Positions 1-10,844 of a DNA stretch of 64,000 nt are shown here, one piece after another. Numbering within the stretch: position 1 is the first letter of the stretch; each line of letters opens with the position of its first letter. Below the pieces are notes generated by a model that saw only the letters and a program-made list of their open reading frames with translations, did no database searches and had not been told where the DNA came from. The DNA is taken from IMG/VR virus record IMGVR_UViG_3300037067_021792, one strand, 5' to 3'. The position numbers and the translations under genes were made by a program. Source of the stretch: a virus (taxonomy: Duplodnaviria; Caudoviricetes).

Positions 1-1
1 A

Positions 2-790
2 ATTATTGCATTAAGCGGTCGTAAGGGATCTGGGAAAAATACTGTTGGACAATTTATTGAGCAGTATTATATCAACTGCTGTCTACGAACCCGGAGTGAC
101 GTAGAAACTCCAATAGGAGTGGATAGCCCAGTTTTTATCTGTTCTTTTGCGGATAATCTCAAGGAATTTTGTATCAATACCTTGGGATTATCGATGGAAT
201 CGTGCTATGGTTCTGATGAGCAAAAAAATGCTCCTACTCAATATGTATGGGAAAATGCTCCCAAATTCTTGCGATGGAAATTTGGGGATGATCCATTAGC
301 GAAGCACCTAATTAAGTCTGGCTGTTCCCCAGATGTAATTATGGATGCTTTTTATCCTAAAGCTATTACTGGGATTGGGGCATGTGATTATCCACCAGAT
401 GAACCAGATAGAAGTAAAATGAAATCAGGACCGATGTCAGGCAGAGATATAATGCAGTTGTTTGGTACCGATTTAATACGACATACGTTTGGTAATGTTT
501 GGGCCGCAGCTACCATTCGGACTATTCATCGTAATGGCAAGCCTTTGAACGTGATAGTTGACAATAGATTTCAAAACGAAATAGAGGTAGTATTGAAAGA
601 GCCAAAGGGATATATTATACGTTTAACTCGTAGTCCATTTGGGACAGAAGACGTGCATCCGAGTGAATCAGCTCTTGATAATTATAACTGGAATCAGAAA
701 AAACATTTTGTTTTAGACAATAAGAACATGACCGTAGAAGAACAAAACGAGGCTATTAAGCCAATATTAAATACAATTTTTTCTGGGTAA
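2..790 (+). CDS. Deoxynucleoside monophosphate kinase (5'-truncated by window edge)
   Basis: Frame is open from position 2: [14 protein letters not shown] (P-loop), [33 protein letters not shown], typical of phage dNMP kinases. Confidence 0.85.
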   Translation: MIALSGRKGSGKNTVGQFIEQYYINCCLRTRSDVETPIGVDSPVFICSFADNLKEFCINTLGLSMESCYGSDEQKNAPTQYVWENAPKFLRWKFGDDPLAKHLIKSGCSPDVIMDAFYPKAITGIGACDYPPDEPDRSKMKSGPMSGRDIMQLFGTDLIRHTFGNVWAAATIRTIHRNGKPLNVIVDNRFQNEIEVVLKEPKGYIIRLTRSPFGTEDVHPSESALDNYNWNQKKHFVLDNKNMTVEEQNEAIKPILNTIFSG

Positions 791-806
791 AGAAAGGAGA
801 GAAAAG

Positions 807-2672
807 GTGAGTAAAATTGTTGGCGTGGATCTTGGCACTACTAATTCGGTTGTCGCCATTGTAGAAAATGGACAGCCAAAAGTATTAATTAATAGCAGCG
901 GTGGCCGCACTACTCCGTCTCTGGTTTCATTTAATAAATCCGAGAGGATTGTTGGTCAACGAGCTAGGAATCAGCAGGTTTTAAATCCTAAGAATACAAT
1001 TTATTCTATCAAGCGATTTATGGGAAGGCGACATTCTGAAGTTAGCGCAGAAGAAAAGACTGTTCCATATACAATAGTGGGTGGTCCGGAAGAACTGGTT
1101 AAGGTCAAAGTTGATGATAGGGACTACGCCCCTCCAGAGATTTCCGCAATGATATTGAAAGATCTCAAGACGACTGCTGAAACATATTTTGGGCACGAAA
1201 TAACTGAAGCGGTTATCACTGTCCCCGCATATTTTAATGATGCCCAGCGACAGGCCACAAAAGAAGCCGGGCAGATTGCTGGGTTTGATGTTAAGAGAAT
1301 TATCAACGAACCCACTGCTGCTGCTCTATCATATGGTCTGAATAAAAAGAAGCAGCAAAAAATAGCTGTTTTTGATTTGGGTGGTGGAACCTTTGATATT
1401 TCAGTTCTTGATATTGGAGATAATGTTTTTGAGGTTCTTAGCACTAACGGCGACACCCATTTAGGCGGTGATGATTTTGACGCCGCATTCGTTGACTACA
1501 TTGCAGAAGAATTCAGAAAGGTGGAAGGTATCGATCTTCGAAAAGATCCGATGGCTCTACAGCGGTTAAAGGATTCTGCTGAAAAGGCTAAGTGTGATTT
1601 ATCATCAAGTCTCGAAACTCAAATATCCCTACCTTTCATTACTGCAGATTCCAATGGACCGAAGCACCTAAATCAAACTATAACTCGTTCTAAATTTGAG
1701 CAAATAATTTCTGGTTTAATTCAGCGTTGTAGAAATCCAGTTATGCAAGCACTTAAAGACGCCAATTTAACACCGAAGGATATAGATGAGGTTATACTGG
1801 TCGGTGGCTCAACCCGCGTTCCCGCAGTTCGTGCTTTGGTAAAAGAGATGTTCGGCAAAGAGCCAAATTCTAGTGTAAATCCCGATGAGTCGGTAGCCAT
1901 TGGTGCTGCTATACAAGGATCAATATTAAGCGGAGAATCCTCAGATATTGTTTTACTTGATGTCACACCGCTTTCTTTAGGTGTTGAAACCCTTGGTGGC
2001 GTTATGACTGTTTTAATTCCAAGAAACACCACTATACCGACCACTAAAAAAGAGACATTCTCAACTGCCGCAGACAATCAACCTGGAGTAGATATACATA
2101 TTCTCCAGGGCGAGAGAAAGATGGCAGATTCCAACAGAACTTTAGGCAGATTTCAATTAGCAGATATACCATCTGCACCTCGTGGTGTGCCACAAATTGA
2201 GGTTAATTTTGATATAGACGCTAATGGCATTTTGCACGTATCTGCTAAGGATCTTGGCACTGGAAAACAGCAATCCATAGAGATTAAGTCGTCATCTGGA
2301 TTAAGCGATGATGAGGTTAAACGAATGGTGGATGATGCGCAGAAATATTCGGAAGAGGATGCTAATAAAAAGGAATTGGTAGATGCAAGAAACCAGGCTG
2401 ATAATCACATCTATCAAGCCGAGAAGATGATGAAAGAGCATGGGGATAAAATACAAAATAAGTCCGATGTTGAATCTGCTGTCAGCGCAGTCAAGGACGC
2501 CATTAAAACCAATGATAAGGATTCTATTAAAAAATCCTTAGATGTTCTCAATACCGCTTTGCATAAAGCCAGCGAAGATATCTATAATGCTAATAAAGCA
2601 GCGACTCCTGATATACCCGTTGGCGAGACGCCGACAAATGTAGTAGATGCAGAGTATTCAGTAAAGGATTAA
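807..2672 (+). CDS. dnaK: Hsp70 chaperone DnaK
   Basis: [45 protein letters not shown]; GGAG RBS. Confidence 0.98.
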   Translation: MSKIVGVDLGTTNSVVAIVENGQPKVLINSSGGRTTPSLVSFNKSERIVGQRARNQQVLNPKNTIYSIKRFMGRRHSEVSAEEKTVPYTIVGGPEELVKVKVDDRDYAPPEISAMILKDLKTTAETYFGHEITEAVITVPAYFNDAQRQATKEAGQIAGFDVKRIINEPTAAALSYGLNKKKQQKIAVFDLGGGTFDISVLDIGDNVFEVLSTNGDTHLGGDDFDAAFVDYIAEEFRKVEGIDLRKDPMALQRLKDSAEKAKCDLSSSLETQISLPFITADSNGPKHLNQTITRSKFEQIISGLIQRCRNPVMQALKDANLTPKDIDEVILVGGSTRVPAVRALVKEMFGKEPNSSVNPDESVAIGAAIQGSILSGESSDIVLLDVTPLSLGVETLGGVMTVLIPRNTTIPTTKKETFSTAADNQPGVDIHILQGERKMADSNRTLGRFQLADIPSAPRGVPQIEVNFDIDANGILHVSAKDLGTGKQQSIEIKSSSGLSDDEVKRMVDDAQKYSEEDANKKELVDARNQADNHIYQAEKMMKEHGDKIQNKSDVESAVSAVKDAIKTNDKDSIKKSLDVLNTALHKASEDIYNANKAATPDIPVGETPTNVVDAEYSVKD

Positions 2673-2675
2673 AAA

Positions 2676-3800
2676 TTGGAAGACCTAGCACGAAAATATA
2701 GGCCGAAAAAATTACAGGATTTAGTTGGACAAAGCGTGGTTGTTCAAACTCTGACTAACGCAATTAAAAATAACAAACTACATCACGCTCATTTGTTTGT
2801 AGGCCAGTATGGCTCGGGAAAGACAAGCTGCGCACGTATTTTAGCTGCTACAGAAAATTGTCTCGTATCTCCGGGATTGGATCCATGCGGAACCTGCGAT
2901 AATTGTAAAAAGATTTTTGCAGGGACCCATACCGATGTGCTAGAAATAGACGCGGCTAGTGGCGCTGGCAGTGTGAAGGAGGTTCGGAAATTAAAAGAAA
3001 ATGCGCTATATAACCCAATTGCAGGGTGTAAGACAAAATATTTTATTATTGATGAAGCACAAAGGTTATCACAAGAGTCAAACGATGCCTTATTAAAGCT
3101 AATTGAAGAACCTCCATCGAGGGTTAGATTCGTACTATCAACTACTGATATTCATAAATTACGACCGGCAGTCCAGTCAAGATGTCAGAGACACGATATA
3201 AGGCAGATTTACTGGGCACAGATATCTGAACGGTTGGCATACATTGCGAAAAGTGAAAACATAGATGTCGAAGAGGGAGCACTGAATTTATGTGCCCGTT
3301 TAGCTCATGGTAGCATGCGCAATGGCATACAGAATCTGTCTAAGCTAATATCTTTCTCTAAGAATGGGAAGGTTACTACTTCTGATGCAGATGATGTTTT
3401 TGGAACTGTGTCCGAAAGTCTCTTTTATGATTTGATAGATTCTTTAATTGAAACCCATACTGGAAAATTAGATACCAGGTCGGGTTTGAAGGTTATTAAT
3501 AATATACTCCAGAGTGGTGCTGAATTTCAATCAGTATATGATGGCATAGCAAACCATCTTAGAAATATGCTGGTAGTATTGACCGCTTCGGCGGCATTTG
3601 AGTTTGTCGATGCGTCCCAGGAAGGCAAGAAAAGATTGAAAGAGCAGTGTCTTAAGTGCCAACAGGGCAAGAAACATAAGGCATTACTTAGAATCTTATC
3701 TGCTTTAAATGAATCAAAGCAGTCGGTAGACTACAATATATCTCCTGAGATTGCACTACAAGCTTGGCTCATAAAGAGTGTTATATTTTTTAACGAGTAA
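2676..3800 (+). CDS. dnaX: DNA polymerase III gamma/tau clamp-loader ATPase
   Basis: LARKYRP, GQYGSGKTS Walker A, Cys zinc module, EIDAAS, IIDEA, SRC. Confidence 0.93.
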   Translation: MEDLARKYRPKKLQDLVGQSVVVQTLTNAIKNNKLHHAHLFVGQYGSGKTSCARILAATENCLVSPGLDPCGTCDNCKKIFAGTHTDVLEIDAASGAGSVKEVRKLKENALYNPIAGCKTKYFIIDEAQRLSQESNDALLKLIEEPPSRVRFVLSTTDIHKLRPAVQSRCQRHDIRQIYWAQISERLAYIAKSENIDVEEGALNLCARLAHGSMRNGIQNLSKLISFSKNGKVTTSDADDVFGTVSESLFYDLIDSLIETHTGKLDTRSGLKVINNILQSGAEFQSVYDGIANHLRNMLVVLTASAAFEFVDASQEGKKRLKEQCLKCQQGKKHKALLRILSALNESKQSVDYNISPEIALQAWLIKSVIFFNE

Positions 3801-3815
3801 GGAGAAAAATACAAT

Positions 3816-4481
3816 ATGTCTCTCTCCAAAAAAGAGAGAGACCAAGCACTGAAAGAAGAAGAGATCACTTCTCTAGTGAATCAAGTGCGTGATTATGACA
3901 ACGAACAATCGTTTATAAAGTTGAAAATTTATTTAGACGGTTATATACGGTTGTTTACACAAAAATATCACATCCCAGGATGTGATGCCGATGAAATTGA
4001 GCAAGAATGTTTGGTGGCACTAAAATTTAAAGCAATACAAGATTTTGATGCTGCCAGAGGGAAGTTTAAGTCTTTTGCCCTCCTTTGTATTAGGAGACAT
4101 TTGTTCTCCTTAATTAAAGGAAATAACCAGCAAAAGCGACGAGTATTAAATCAGTCTTTGTCTCTCGATGAAGACCGTGGATCGGAAGAGGGTGAAACTC
4201 TCAGTTTGATCAATATAATTATAACCAACAAGCCAACGGTGGCCGATCAGATGGAAAAGCACGAAGACGAGGAAGATAAGAAACACAAACTTTTATCTCG
4301 GCTGTCAGAAATGGAGCGAGAGGTTCTAAGACTCTATTTAAAACAATATCACTACGATGAAATAGTAAAAGAATTAAAGAAAAAATTTCCCCAGATAAGC
4401 CGCAAGAGCACTGATAATGCACTTGTTCGAGCACGAAGCAAAGCGAAAGAGCTGGCTAAAGAACTGGACTGGGATGATTGA
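3816..4481 (+). CDS. SigH-like sigma-70 family RNA polymerase sigma factor
   Basis: PGCDADEIEQE..KAIQDFD..FKSFALLCIRR..SLSLD..LSEMEREVL..KSTDNALVRA matches the sigmaH pattern. Confidence 0.88.
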   Translation: MSLSKKERDQALKEEEITSLVNQVRDYDNEQSFIKLKIYLDGYIRLFTQKYHIPGCDADEIEQECLVALKFKAIQDFDAARGKFKSFALLCIRRHLFSLIKGNNQQKRRVLNQSLSLDEDRGSEEGETLSLINIIITNKPTVADQMEKHEDEEDKKHKLLSRLSEMEREVLRLYLKQYHYDEIVKELKKKFPQISRKSTDNALVRARSKAKELAKELDWDD

Positions 4482-4506
4482 AACTTCGGAATTTCCTTAA
4501 TCTCGC

Positions 4507-4534
4507 TTGACTTTTCATGGGAATACGATATACT
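4507..4534 (+). promoter_or_regulatory. sigma70-type promoter
   Basis: TTGACT-16-TATACT followed by AAGGAG RBS. Confidence 0.75.
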
Positions 4535-4554
4535 TGAAGTGAAGGAGAAGAAAC

Positions 4555-5043
4555 GTGAACATAGATGAGTGCATCTACCGTCATAAGGCTCCGAAGTTTT
4601 CAGTCCGTACCAGGGACGGAGTCGTTTGTCATGAGTGCCGAGAATCAATGATTGAGCATAATCGTAAAAGCAATTGTGATTGGACCGATCTGCTTGGTGA
4701 TCTTTGGTTTGACGCAATGCAAGTCGAGGAGTGTGCGAGAAAAGCAGACATCTCTTCTGCGGACTGGCGCAATGCTATGCTTAAGTGTATTGACCGTATC
4801 GGGAGATATGCCGAACTCTTGCAACGGTATGTAGTTTGTAAAGGCTGCGGCAGACCAGAAATTCACAAAATGTGCCCTGCGTGGGGCACGCCGTTCTACA
4901 TGAGTGGCAAATTATATACCGCAGAAGATGAGGCAGAATTCGGTGAGCAGCATCGTAAAGCAATGATGGAAGTAGGAAATAGTAAAGAAGCAAATGAGCG
5001 TGCTGATTGGGAACTTGGTATTTTGAAGAACAAAATTGACTAG
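4555..5043 (+). CDS. Hypothetical Cys-rich protein
   Basis: ORF with RBS behind promoter; CxxC motifs. Confidence 0.6.
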   Translation: MNIDECIYRHKAPKFSVRTRDGVVCHECRESMIEHNRKSNCDWTDLLGDLWFDAMQVEECARKADISSADWRNAMLKCIDRIGRYAELLQRYVVCKGCGRPEIHKMCPAWGTPFYMSGKLYTAEDEAEFGEQHRKAMMEVGNSKEANERADWELGILKNKID

Positions 5044-5261
5044 TGAGGAGAATCAGTATGTATGCGGAAGATGAAATTCATCTTTGTCCATCAATGTCCC
5101 GCGAAGGAAGATATCTCCAATATTGTTGTGCGGGCAAAAGAAATGCGAGATGGAGGTTGATTCTTCCTACCGAGTCTACTGGCGAAGACGAAGAATCGGT
5201 TATTTTACAAAATGTATTATTCTGTCCGAGTTGTGGCAAAGATTTACAAGTGGAGGACTAA
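5043..5261 (+). CDS. Small zinc-ribbon protein
   Basis: C-terminal FCPSCGKDL. Confidence 0.6.
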   Translation: MRRISMYAEDEIHLCPSMSREGRYLQYCCAGKRNARWRLILPTESTGEDEESVILQNVLFCPSCGKDLQVED

Positions 5262-5523
5262 AGAATTAAACATAGTCCATATGCAGATTGTCGTGCGCCA
5301 GATGGCATAATTGCCAATGGTTGGCGACTAGTTCGTAAAGGTGGACGGGTGAAGTTTGGAGGGTCGTATTATTCAGCAGCACAGCTTTCTGAGATTGTGG
5401 GTGAATTGGTTTATGCTTCAATGGGAGAATATTGGCAAAGCTATGTGAGAATTTACCGTGGGGCGGTTGGATGCCAAGGTTGGTTTTGTAACGCAGAAGT
5501 GGAATTGCCAAAAGGATAAATAA

Positions 5524-6270
5524 GTGTGGTCTAAATTTAAGATATGGAATCTAGGTTTACTAGCACTAATTATTACTGGTTGCGCAGATCGGTTATTAAT
5601 GGGTGACACCAATTTGCGCCGCTACCCCACATGTGTTTACTCGGACGTTAAATTAGGACCATATGCTAAGGCTTGGTTTATAAAACACCCAGAAGCACGA
5701 GGCACGGCTATTCTTTTGCCAGGCTATAAAACTAATAAAGGATATCTTCTGGAATTTATTGATTTATGGACAAGTAACAAGTTTAATGTACTATTGTTGG
5801 ATTATCGAGGGTTTGGAGATGCTGCCGGTACTGTGGATTTTAGGGGAATAGTAGAAGACGTTCATCTTGCGGTTGTTTTTGCTCAGTCTCAGCATCCTCG
5901 CGTTATTTTGCACGGATTTTCTTTGGGCACTATGGTAGAAGCTAAAGTGGCATCAGAAGTTGATGTTTCAGGATGTATTTTTGATGGAGTGGCCTCACCT
6001 AACGCATTGGGTTTGACGGGCTTAGTTTTACCTAAAGACATGCGCACACGTCAAACAATTCTTAAAATAAAAGAACCGAAACTGTTTATCCATAGTATAG
6101 ACGACGATGTAACGGTATATTCAGAAGCAGAATATATCTACAACAGAGCGACTGAACCGAAATCGATGTGGACCACATCTGGGCCACATATTTTATCATA
6201 TAAGTATGACCCACAAGGCTACCAGAGAGTAGTTTCTGGTTGGTTGTCTCAAAATTCATTGGAGAATTGA
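5524..6270 (+). CDS. Alpha/beta hydrolase lipoprotein
   Basis: Lipobox IITGC; DYRGFG, GFSLG nucleophile, HSIDDD, GPH. Confidence 0.85.
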   Translation: MWSKFKIWNLGLLALIITGCADRLLMGDTNLRRYPTCVYSDVKLGPYAKAWFIKHPEARGTAILLPGYKTNKGYLLEFIDLWTSNKFNVLLLDYRGFGDAAGTVDFRGIVEDVHLAVVFAQSQHPRVILHGFSLGTMVEAKVASEVDVSGCIFDGVASPNALGLTGLVLPKDMRTRQTILKIKEPKLFIHSIDDDVTVYSEAEYIYNRATEPKSMWTTSGPHILSYKYDPQGYQRVVSGWLSQNSLEN

Positions 6271-6620
6271 ATTGAAAACCCATGTCCACAATTGGATTCT
6301 TGTTGATCTTTCATATGATAATGAAGATCATGAAACAATTACTTATAGCTGCTCAATTTGCGGTCGATGTCGATACGTTAATGCAGGATGACAAACATAG
6401 AAGATGAAAGGTGAGGTGAAGCTGATATGAAAAAGTCCTTTTGTGATCATTGTGGTGAAGAATTCTCAGCAACAGATGAATATGTAAAAGCGAAAATAGA
6501 AATATCTTACACCGAGTATTTAGGTGATGATGGTTCGAGTTTTCGCGAAGAGAAAATCGAACTTTGCCATCAGTGTTTTAGAAAAGTTTACGGAGTTCTG
6601 AAACCGAAGGAGAACTCTAG

Positions 6621-6998
6621 ATGAAAATTCGAAACTCTTTTGTAAGTAATAGTTCATCTTGTTCGTTTATTATTGACAATCGCACGGATCAGATTAAGAC
6701 CTTAGTAGATTTTATTCAAGATAATCCGAACATTTTCGAGCAGTATCTAAAGGAATACGAGGAAGATATTAAAGAAATGGGTTCGGACTGGATGGGCACT
6801 CCTGCCTCTCGACTAACTACGAAGAATTTTTTGAAATCTGCGGCAGAATATGATAAAACAATATTGCCCGGTCGTAATTATTTGACATTCGCCGATGATA
6901 GTGGTGATTTTGCGGAATATGTATTACACACCATGCTTTCCGATGTAAAATCAAGCAATAAAAATTGGCACTGGGAATTTTATGAATCCTACCACTGA
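6621..6998 (+). CDS. MKIRxxFVSNSSS-family protein (paralog 1)
   Basis: N-terminus MKIRNSFVSNSSSCSFII. Confidence 0.75.
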   Translation: MKIRNSFVSNSSSCSFIIDNRTDQIKTLVDFIQDNPNIFEQYLKEYEEDIKEMGSDWMGTPASRLTTKNFLKSAAEYDKTILPGRNYLTFADDSGDFAEYVLHTMLSDVKSSNKNWHWEFYESYH

Positions 6999-7696
6999 AA
7001 AACTTTGTCCTACTTGTGGACAAGCAACGGAACATATTATTTATATGTGTGAAGTGGAATGCTGTTCTAGCCCTGCTGATTATGAAGGATGGTGGCGAGT
7101 TATAGATGGTTTCGGGATTAAAACAGGATTAATGCAGAGGAGGAAAGTATGTCAACATCATAGGTATTTGTTGATAGGGAAAGGAGATCAATAATGGAAT
7201 ACTATGGTGATATTTATGCTACAGTTAAATTAAGAATGCGAATTCAGATTGAAGCTAATGAAGAGCCTAGTCCAGAGGATATTCTGTCGGCTTTACGAGG
7301 AGATGAAGACTCGGATAATTTAGTAGAAATTATCGATATTGTTGATGATGAGATAGTAGAACATATTTCAATCGATGAAATCGATATTCATGAATCTTCT
7401 GTGGAAGATGACACCGAAGACGACTAATTTTTAGGAGAAATATATGAGAAATAATAAGATAGCTATTTTTGTCATCAGTTTAGGTTTGCTTTTGTGCTCA
7501 GGATGCGATTTTATGGAGCAAATGTTGTCGGACATTGATGGGTGGGATTTATCAGTGTGTGCGAATTATCCAGGGGCTTGCTGGGAATGCTATTGGGATA
7601 ATGTTGACAAAGTTTTAGAAGCCCAATAAGAGAATGCCGAGAAAAATCAAATATTTTCGGCTAAAAAGGTTTATAACGCAGAAGCTCATTGATATA

Positions 7697-7735
7697 ATAC
7701 GATGGATGTATGATACTAAGCGACATCCATCGTAT
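7697..7735. repeat. Perfect 13-bp inverted repeat, 13-nt loop
   Basis: ATACGATGGATGT-N13-ACATCCATCGTAT. Confidence 0.85.
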
Positions 7736-8805
7736 CGGCTAGTTGGTAGGAATTTTGTGCTGGACCTTGAGGAGAACTGAAATGAATTGTGTATCAGATA
7801 ACGAAACACTTCAGGAGATAAGTGTTCAGAGGGACATTTTTCGAGAATTGGTGCTGCTGGCGTATTCGTCTGTTGAAGAATTATATTTTATGCCGAGTCG
7901 CCTTTCGGGTCCTAAACGTGTGTTTTCTGGGTATCCAGATGATACTCCTATTAGCTGGCGGGAATTGGCAAGGAAACATTTAGGTATAAAAGATGAGTGA
8001 TCCTAAATCCCTAATCAAAGACCCATCAGCTTTAATTCAATCATCCAACGATATCATTCAATTTCTTGAAAAAATAGTTAATGAATTCGGTACCAGGATG
8101 ATGCTTGATGCCGTTATCGACTTCTTGTCTCTAATGATAGTACTAAATAAGATAACAATAAAAGATATAGAAGACTATGTGAATTTACACACTAAATTTT
8201 TTGAGGAAAAAGTATGAAGTGGATTATTTTCATTATTCCACTTTTTTTATTTGGCTGTGTTTTTGATCGTCCTGCCCACTGGTTTACTGCTAGTGATGGG
8301 TATCAATGGCGAGCCTATGAATCTGACTGCGAGCAATGGTATGACCCGATAACTGATAGCAGTGGATTGTGGGCAAAAGATCCGAGGACTGGAGAAAAAT
8401 ATAGGTTTATATATTTTAATCAGTGGAGTTTTGAGTGAAAGGAAGAAACAACATGCAAAAAGAGGTAAAATGCGAATGTTTTTCGTGGGGGAACTTTACA
8501 GAAGGAAGGTCAAAGGCATTGGATTTTGTTAATTCTGGGAAACGGAAAATTATATCGATCAATGAGATTGTAACAGGCACAGGCGAACTGCAAATATCGG
8601 TTTATTATTATGATCATGAGGAGACCGATGCTGAGCGGTTGGATAGAATTAGAAAGAAAATTCTAGATCCCGAATGCATGCCACGAGGAATACCTAGTGA
8701 TCCCGAGGAACGCAGGAAAATGGCGGAAAAATATTGGGGTGCAGTTGATAAAGTGTTAAAGCTCTTGCGTACCGGATCTTGGTGAAGGACCAATGAAAGA
8801 CACAA

Positions 8806-9126
8806 ATGAGCGAAATTAAGACACGCCAATGTCCTGCTTGCCACGGTGAAGGTGGACGAGTTGAACCAGTACTTGATTTTGGTGAAGGACCATTTGAACC
8901 TTGTGGTTTTTGTAATGGGCGGGGTATTATTATGGGTAATTATTATTTTACTATTTTGGGGTGGCTATCTGCCATAAAACGAGATAATATTAGATTAGAT
9001 GCAGAAATGCTTAAATTAGCAGAAGAGGCAGTTAGACAAAAGCAAAACCAGAAGCAACTTACAGATAGCGAAATTAAAGAGTGTGCACAAAGACTGGTTG
9101 ATGATGTAATTGATGTTGATGATTGA
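8806..9126 (+). CDS. DnaJ-type Cys-rich zinc-finger small protein
   Basis: CPACHGEGG...CGFCNGRG (CxxCxGxG twice); no J-domain HPD. Confidence 0.65.
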   Translation: MSEIKTRQCPACHGEGGRVEPVLDFGEGPFEPCGFCNGRGIIMGNYYFTILGWLSAIKRDNIRLDAEMLKLAEEAVRQKQNQKQLTDSEIKECAQRLVDDVIDVDD

Positions 9127-9168
9127 AATTGTTCTGCAACAGATGTATAATTGAAAAAGGAGATTTGA

Positions 9169-10428
9169 ATGAAAGCGACTGTATCCAATAAGGAATTGGT
9201 TCGTGGTTTTGACAAATTGTGCGAAGTGGCCACCAAGGGGGTGAAGTCTGATTTTCAGCTAGCGGGCCGCATTACCATCGAAGTATTAAGCGATAAGCTC
9301 GTACTTTGGTCAACCAATGGGCACCTAGATGCCAGATATACCATCTCTGATGTAAGTGATTGTGAACCGGGCATTATTACGGTTGATGCCGTTATTGGTC
9401 GCGACGTAATACGAGTGGCGAGTCAGGAAGGTAAAGATATATTGATGAGTGTGGATAAAGATGTTCTGCACCTAAAAGCTGGCCGCAAGAAGTTTAAAAT
9501 CTCTACTCTGCCCAAAAATCATGTAGGGGATGATGCTCCCGACCCTATTAAAATTGTTATTCCGGCTAAAACCCCCAAGAATGGCCTAAAATATACATTC
9601 CCCCAATCTATGTTATCCGATGGCATCTCAACAGTGGCTCGGTATAAGGCTCCGCTCAAATATAAAACAGAATATCTACAGATATGTATGCACTTTCTAG
9701 AGGATAAGGTCCGATTCGTTTGTGGCGATGGTATGCGGTTCGCTGTGTATGCCCGGAATCACGAGAAAAACGGCATTACCGGGGATGGCGGTAAGTGGCT
9801 GTTGCCTTCGGATCAGGCAATGATAATTGCAGCAATAATAGACGAAGAAGTTTCTCTGACATATTCAGATGCCAAGACATGTTATATTCAATGCGGTAAA
9901 TTAGACATGCTTTTGAAGGGAATTCCAGAAATTGAATATATCAGTTATGACGTTCATGCGTATAGGTTCGAGGATGCTGTTGCCCTAGTGGACATTAATT
10001 ATGATGATATGTCCGCTGGTATGGAAACTGTTCGGGTTGTTCGAGATAAAGAAATGGAAAATGAGGGCGATTTCCATAGTTGCACTTTTGATGCAGCACC
10101 AAATACTATTAATTTCGCCGTAAACGAAGGTCGATATCAGGCAGATTTTGATGCTGATATATCGTTTACCAAGATTAAGGTAGATAAGTTCAAATCGATA
10201 TATTCCTATGCGTTTTTGAACGAAGTTACTCACGCCATCACTTGTGAAGCTTTGCGATTCTATTGTATAGAAGAGGGCGGCATCATGCTGGCAGAGCCTT
10301 TTGTTAAAGATGCGGATAGTAAAGGAGATGGAGTGCGTGCTGGTATATCCCAAAATGCTAATGCTCCAACTGGTGAACCACTATTGATATTCTTTTTTGC
10401 TGCCGCAACAGAAGATGAGGAAGAGTGA
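9169..10428 (+). CDS. dnaN: DNA polymerase III beta sliding clamp (divergent)
   Basis: MKATVSNKEL start, LWSTNGHL, EPGIIT, VCGDGMRFA; clamp-like length; near dnaX and holA. Confidence 0.75.
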   Translation: MKATVSNKELVRGFDKLCEVATKGVKSDFQLAGRITIEVLSDKLVLWSTNGHLDARYTISDVSDCEPGIITVDAVIGRDVIRVASQEGKDILMSVDKDVLHLKAGRKKFKISTLPKNHVGDDAPDPIKIVIPAKTPKNGLKYTFPQSMLSDGISTVARYKAPLKYKTEYLQICMHFLEDKVRFVCGDGMRFAVYARNHEKNGITGDGGKWLLPSDQAMIIAAIIDEEVSLTYSDAKTCYIQCGKLDMLLKGIPEIEYISYDVHAYRFEDAVALVDINYDDMSAGMETVRVVRDKEMENEGDFHSCTFDAAPNTINFAVNEGRYQADFDADISFTKIKVDKFKSIYSYAFLNEVTHAITCEALRFYCIEEGGIMLAEPFVKDADSKGDGVRAGISQNANAPTGEPLLIFFFAAATEDEEE

Positions 10429-10832
10429 TGATAGGTGCAGTTATGCGCGGAGATGGAGTGTATGTTCTCCCTTCTGATGGGTCCATTGATCCTGATGGAC
10501 CTTACGTTGCAGAGTATAGCACAGAGCAGAAGCTAGAGTTTTTTGATGATTTAACTAAGACCGCATTAGAATGGGCAGAAGAGAAAGATCCAGAAGAAAA
10601 ACGAGTTCTTCAAAGATATATCACAGATAGATTATGGGATATAGCAAGAGGGTACCCTTTTGGTTTGCCTCGTATATATGAAACGACTGGTCTGATCATA
10701 ACTAATGATTATGCTTCCAGTGCTTTAACGTGTGGGCACGCAAATGAGGTGCCATCTGTCTGTGAATGCGAAGATAATTGTTATTGTAAATCGCATAGTT
10801 GCAAACATGATTTTTCATCAGTGCATGAATGA
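10425..10832 (+). CDS. Hypothetical protein with CGHANE Cys-rich tail
   Basis: ORF coupled to dnaN. Confidence 0.55.
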   Translation: MMIGAVMRGDGVYVLPSDGSIDPDGPYVAEYSTEQKLEFFDDLTKTALEWAEEKDPEEKRVLQRYITDRLWDIARGYPFGLPRIYETTGLIITNDYASSALTCGHANEVPSVCECEDNCYCKSHSCKHDFSSVHE

Positions 10833-10844
10833 AACGTAACCGAC

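Larger units (their letters stand above)
6427..8785 (+). other. Run of short, tightly packed hypothetical phage ORFs, including small lipoproteins at 7444-7629 and 8214-8438
   Basis: Overlapping stop/start codons, GGAG RBSs, lipoboxes CSGC and LFGC. Confidence 0.65.
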
